Shown: positions 60,048 to 64,000 of the stretch, piece by piece | How the letters are laid out: each line of letters opens with the position of its first letter | Position numbering within the stretch: the first letter of the stretch is position 1 | NCBI RefSeq assembly: GCF_000143415.4 | Contig: NW_003314320.1 | Span: 1,191,231 to 1,255,230 of the forward strand | Direction of reading: 5' to 3' | Source of the DNA: Selaginella moellendorffii | Lineage: Eukaryota; Plantae; Lycopodiophyta | DNA: 64,000 bases | Made by a program: the position numbers and the translations under genes | Notes under the pieces: generated by a model | What the model saw: the letters and a program-made list of their open reading frames with translations, nothing else | What the model was told of the DNA's origin: nothing | Database searches by the model: none

Positions 60048-62463
60048 AAGGCCTGAGGGCACATGCCATTCTATTTCTCAGACCGGTATTAAGATATACT
60101 AGTGCAAAGGGAAAAAGGTATTTGGTGATCAAGTAAATGGCATGAGGGCACACGCCATTATAAGCCTAAGCGCTAGTGGACACCTCCTTTTTGGTACTCT
60201 CAGCGGTACTATCATCCTTCTCCGGGTCAGTTGTTTTGCTTTGGATTGTTGTCTCTGATGTTACTGGGGCGTTCTCGATAGTTGTTAATGTTGCCGTTTG
60301 TTCAGAAAAATGATCACCTGGAGTATAGTACGGGGAGTTTGGAAGACTTATATATTCTACATCTTCACCTATCTCCTTCTCCGTCTCCTTTTTTGCCTCA
60401 CTTACAGATTTTGTGCTTGCCATGAGAACGCTCTTCACCCTAAAATATGGAGTTCGTTGTGTTATAAAACGAAACTAACACACACGCTGCAAGGGAATGA
60501 TGGTACATAAAGCACGTAAGCCCACAATATGGGTTTATGTGCCATTAATATGGGCCACACGCCATATTATTAGATTTATGCACGTGTGATTGGTAAATGC
60601 ATATGTCACATCATCTTTGTTTTACCTCACACACTATATCAGGCCTAATGAACCATATCACATGTGCGCACATGCTATATATATGGAGAAGTATTATGCA
60701 AGGATAGAAAAATTCAATGCATGATTGTGGAGAGCAATGGCATGAAGCCACATGCTAAATAACATTTTAGAGAAAGAATTAAAATAGAAACATGCAAACA
60801 GTACTGAGTGGACCAAGACTTAGAAGTGCACAATTGAATGAGGTATTTCTAATAAATATTTCACTCACCTCATATAGGAATGGCTACCACTCTCAAATGG
60901 CGTATCGCCTCATGCCATCACCTCGCAATTTGTTATAACAATCCGATGAATTCATATTCGGCTTGTTCACCTTGAACTTTAAGTAAGATTTACTAGAACA
61001 ACTAAGAATTTATACTTGTTATTTGTATCATCTCACCTAGGAATGGCGTAAGGCCACATGCCATCACGCCTCCTCTGATTCAGATTCGGATTGTTCACCT
61101 TGAAATAAAATACATTAGAAACTTAGTAAAGGAATATTAATGAATCTCACCTTGAACCCGGGTTATGAATGCTCTTGCTACATCTCTTGCATGGTCTGGC
61201 AAGGTGATGGTGGCACTCTGCTTCCGCATCCAACCATGCACAACATTATCCACCGATATGCTCATGCTGGGATCCCTTGGATTCAGCACCCATCTCTTTT
61301 CTAGGCAATCCTTCATATATCCGAAACTTGGCTTGAACCACTCCACAGTTACATTGAAGGAGTTAGTTTCCACGTCCTCCTCTGCATCAGTGATGCAGCG
61401 CCCCACCCATATCATTTGTTTTTTATTACTGGGTCTAACAAGCACGACCATTCCTTTGCAGACCTGTACTGGATTGAATGCTGAATCCGGCTTCTTGTTC
61501 CTCAGCCCACAATAGTGATCCTCAACATTGTTATCTGTCACTGCATTTCTAGAGGACATTGTTCTGCTACTATTTGGTGCTCTGGGTTCTGGCCAAAAGG
61601 ACTCTTCCAATTTTTCATATACAACCGGCCCATTTTGGATAGCAGATATAATCTTCTACCAGTATTCGAGCAAAGGCTTGCACCTCTGAAAATAGGATTC
61701 TCCACCAAACACCAACCCCCTCTTCCAGAAGGCAATATGCTATCTAATCCCAGCCACTATACTTTCCTGGTCTTTGAGTCCATCCCGGCGCATCGGCCGT
61801 GGGGAACCCTGAGGAATCATAGGTTCCCCAGTTATGGGATCTCTCTTCAAGAGTTCAATGCCGTCCACTGGCAGCCACACTGTGTCCCATTCTCTCATCT
61901 TGTACCTCATCACTAGAGCACCATCACGCATGCTGAAATGAAATTGAAGAGGCTTGAAGTGGCCAATCAGCGTTTCGGATCCGTCCCTGATGTAGCCTCT
62001 TACAAACCCCTTAAAGTCTGGAACCTCTGTCAGAAGTGCAGCTTCAACAGTGCCTTTGATGCATTTTTGGAATTCATCGTAGAGTTGTGGGAGGGTGAGG
62101 ACATTGGATCGCCGGAGGGACTCTGCCAGGTGACTGAACATGGCATCGACGTCTTCATGAGTGTGCCCAACCATGAGAAAGCCAAGTGTAACCGTTTCAA
62201 ATATGCCTTTGGCAACAAGCATCGCCAAGTACGCGAAGACGTACATGTTTTTGTTCTCACTGCCAACATTGTCTGTTTGGAGCAGAAGATGGGGTGGAAG
62301 GCCACATCGGCCGCAAGAACTTCCTTGAGATTCTACTTCATTTGGATGAGGCTGTGCATTCACCGGGCGACCAGCCTCGTCGGAATGGCATGAGGCCTCA
62401 CGTGATAACCCTACAATCTGACGGCCAACATATTCACTGGGATGGCATGGGGCCCCACACAAT
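60048..62463. repeat. Dispersed palindromic motif ATGGCRT(G/A)-N6-CAYGCCAT
   Basis: Copies at 60048-60069, 60137-60158, 60737-60758, 60897-60918 and 61043-61064, a half site at 60558-60565, and degenerate copies at 62385-62406 and 62442-62463. Confidence 0.8.
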
Positions 62464-63962
62464 ACTGCAAGCCTTTGCTCCTCCTCTAGCTGAACCCTGT
62501 ATGGGGTTCGATCGACAAGGGCCTTATACAAGGGTTGGCCGTTCAGCTCAGTCTGCGCACTTTGCAGAGACCTTAAGTGTTTTGCTAGGGACGCAATCAT
62601 CATGTTTGCACCCCCGCCACCCCATAGAGGTACAAAGAAGTTCCCATAGTTCTGGGCACCATGCCCATGAGCGATTATGCCAAACAGAGACACAGGCAGC
62701 TGCATGGATGAAGAGATTGCCTTGGGGGCAGGATTGAGTCGAGGTAAGCACGTCTTTTTCTGGTCCATTTTGTCGTGGATGATGCAGAGATAAGAGTCAG
62801 GTCTCTCCATGGAGAGAATCCTGTTATGATAATATGCAGTCCTGCAGCTTCTCTGCTCGATGTTGTGGTCGAGCCGCCTTCTAACCAACGTCTCTCGCTC
62901 TTGAGCGATGCAAGAATTCTTCGACAAAGCCATTTTGATAGCAGTGCACTCGTCACACTTTGAAAAGCTGGAGTACTTTCCTATACTCACATCCCTGAAC
63001 CTGTTGCTCCACAATCTACTAAATCTAGATTGGCTCAGCTTCCTGTAGCCATTACTCTGGAGTTCCCGATTCACATCTTCCAATATGGCCCCCTTGGTAT
63101 ACATGGAAGGGAGAACTCGTTGGGTGTCTCGAGTTCCATCTTCCAAGAGGTGGGTTTTATGTGGTTGCTGCTCGCTACATGTCTCGACAAACCTCTTGAA
63201 GATTGCCTCTCCATATACAACATGACCCCTGGTTTTATGAGTACCGTCGTTCCCATGGACTGCCTGTTGAACCCTTTGTTCCTCGAACTCAGTTTTGATT
63301 CTGTAGAATGTGGTTCGAGGGACTCCATAAATGATTCTCCATGCCTTCATGCAGACCAAACCCCTCTGGAAGACCATGCCCCCCACTTGATGTTCTGAAG
63401 CATCAACAGATGACCGTAATGCCTTATACACAAAATTGCGAGCTGCCTTCCAGGACAATGTCTTGTATCTTGCTCTCTCCTCTTCAATAGCATCCCAATC
63501 AGCATGTTGACAGCACCTCCTCTTGCAACAAGCAACTGTCGAGACCATTCGAACCTCCATCGCCATTTTCTGCCTTTTCGGTTCGTTGCTCAGATCCCTT
63601 TGGCTGTGCTTTAGGAAGGTGTACTTTCTTTTCCCATGAAGAGATGTTCTGTCATCAGTTGTAGTGGTGTTTGATTGTGAATCCTTCACATTCTCAAACA
63701 CTAAGTGCCTCAATTTCCACCGCACAATGCTTCCAATAGTCAGACTGTTTTCTTCTGTGTCAACAACCTCTAAAATCGCAACTCCAATATCATCCCAGCC
63801 CAATTCTTGATTAGCAACCGCATCTCTTGGATCGACAACTGTGGCTAAGCCCTCAGCTACCACCTCCCCCTCGGGGTTGTTTAGAAACACCTTTGCCTGA
63901 ATCCATGTAGCACGGTTCTTAAGATCCACGGAGGGAACATACGTTGCACTTGCAGAGGCCAT
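61137..63962 (-). mobile_element. Sola1-like (DUF7869-type) DDE/D transposase ORF with two in-frame stops
   Basis: KCDEC, HDKMDQKK..LP, LQTDNVGSENKN..FAYLAMLV..FLMVGHTHEDVDAMFS. ORFs 61740-63962 and 61137-61610 share one frame and are separated only by two TAG codons. Confidence 0.75.
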
Positions 63963-64000
63963 TCTGAAAGTGCAGAAAAGAATTTAAGACCATACAAAAA

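Noticed and set aside
60166-60438. 90-aa Thr/Glu-rich minus-strand ORF
   Set aside because: No ATG at the ORF start and low complexity. Possibly a transposon exon, but it cannot be supported as a gene.
60048-61104. CRISPR-like repeat/spacer arrangement
   Set aside because: Irregular spacing, degenerate repeats, eukaryotic transposon context and no cas genes.

Overview
Plant nuclear DNA with very short introns (mostly 44-60 nt) and tightly packed genes. This style suggests a compact lycophyte genome such as Selaginella (inference, not verified). Layout: the 3' part of a ferric reduction oxidase (1-2301); an AT-rich transposon-derived block (~3-18 kb) with two decayed Helitron Rep/PIF1 remnants flanking a small secreted kissper-domain/Gly-Ala protein gene; then a gene-dense block containing an AP2/ERF, an orphan Cys-rich ORF, SCD1, RRP44/DIS3, an MBOAT wax/sterol acyltransferase head-to-head with HRD3/SEL1L, an NPH3-family BTB protein, an SRC2-like C2 protein and a plastid D-Ala-D-Ala ligase. 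After that come a duplicated trypsin-fold pseudoprotease region split by a full-length short-LTR Ty3/gypsy element, a PMT-family methyltransferase, a pre-miRNA-like hairpin, a divergent VPS34 PI3-kinase and a Sola1-like DNA transposon. Best leads: (i) a stand-alone kissper-domain protein with a silk-like (GA)n tail; (ii) two divergent ATGs only 36 bp apart, sharing one palindromic double TTAGGGCT element that also precedes four other start codons; (iii) a G:U-supported pre-miRNA candidate; (iv) a tandem duplication resolved by reciprocal micro-deletion; (v) a 56-nt U12-type intron candidate. All calls were made by eye from motifs. No searches were run.
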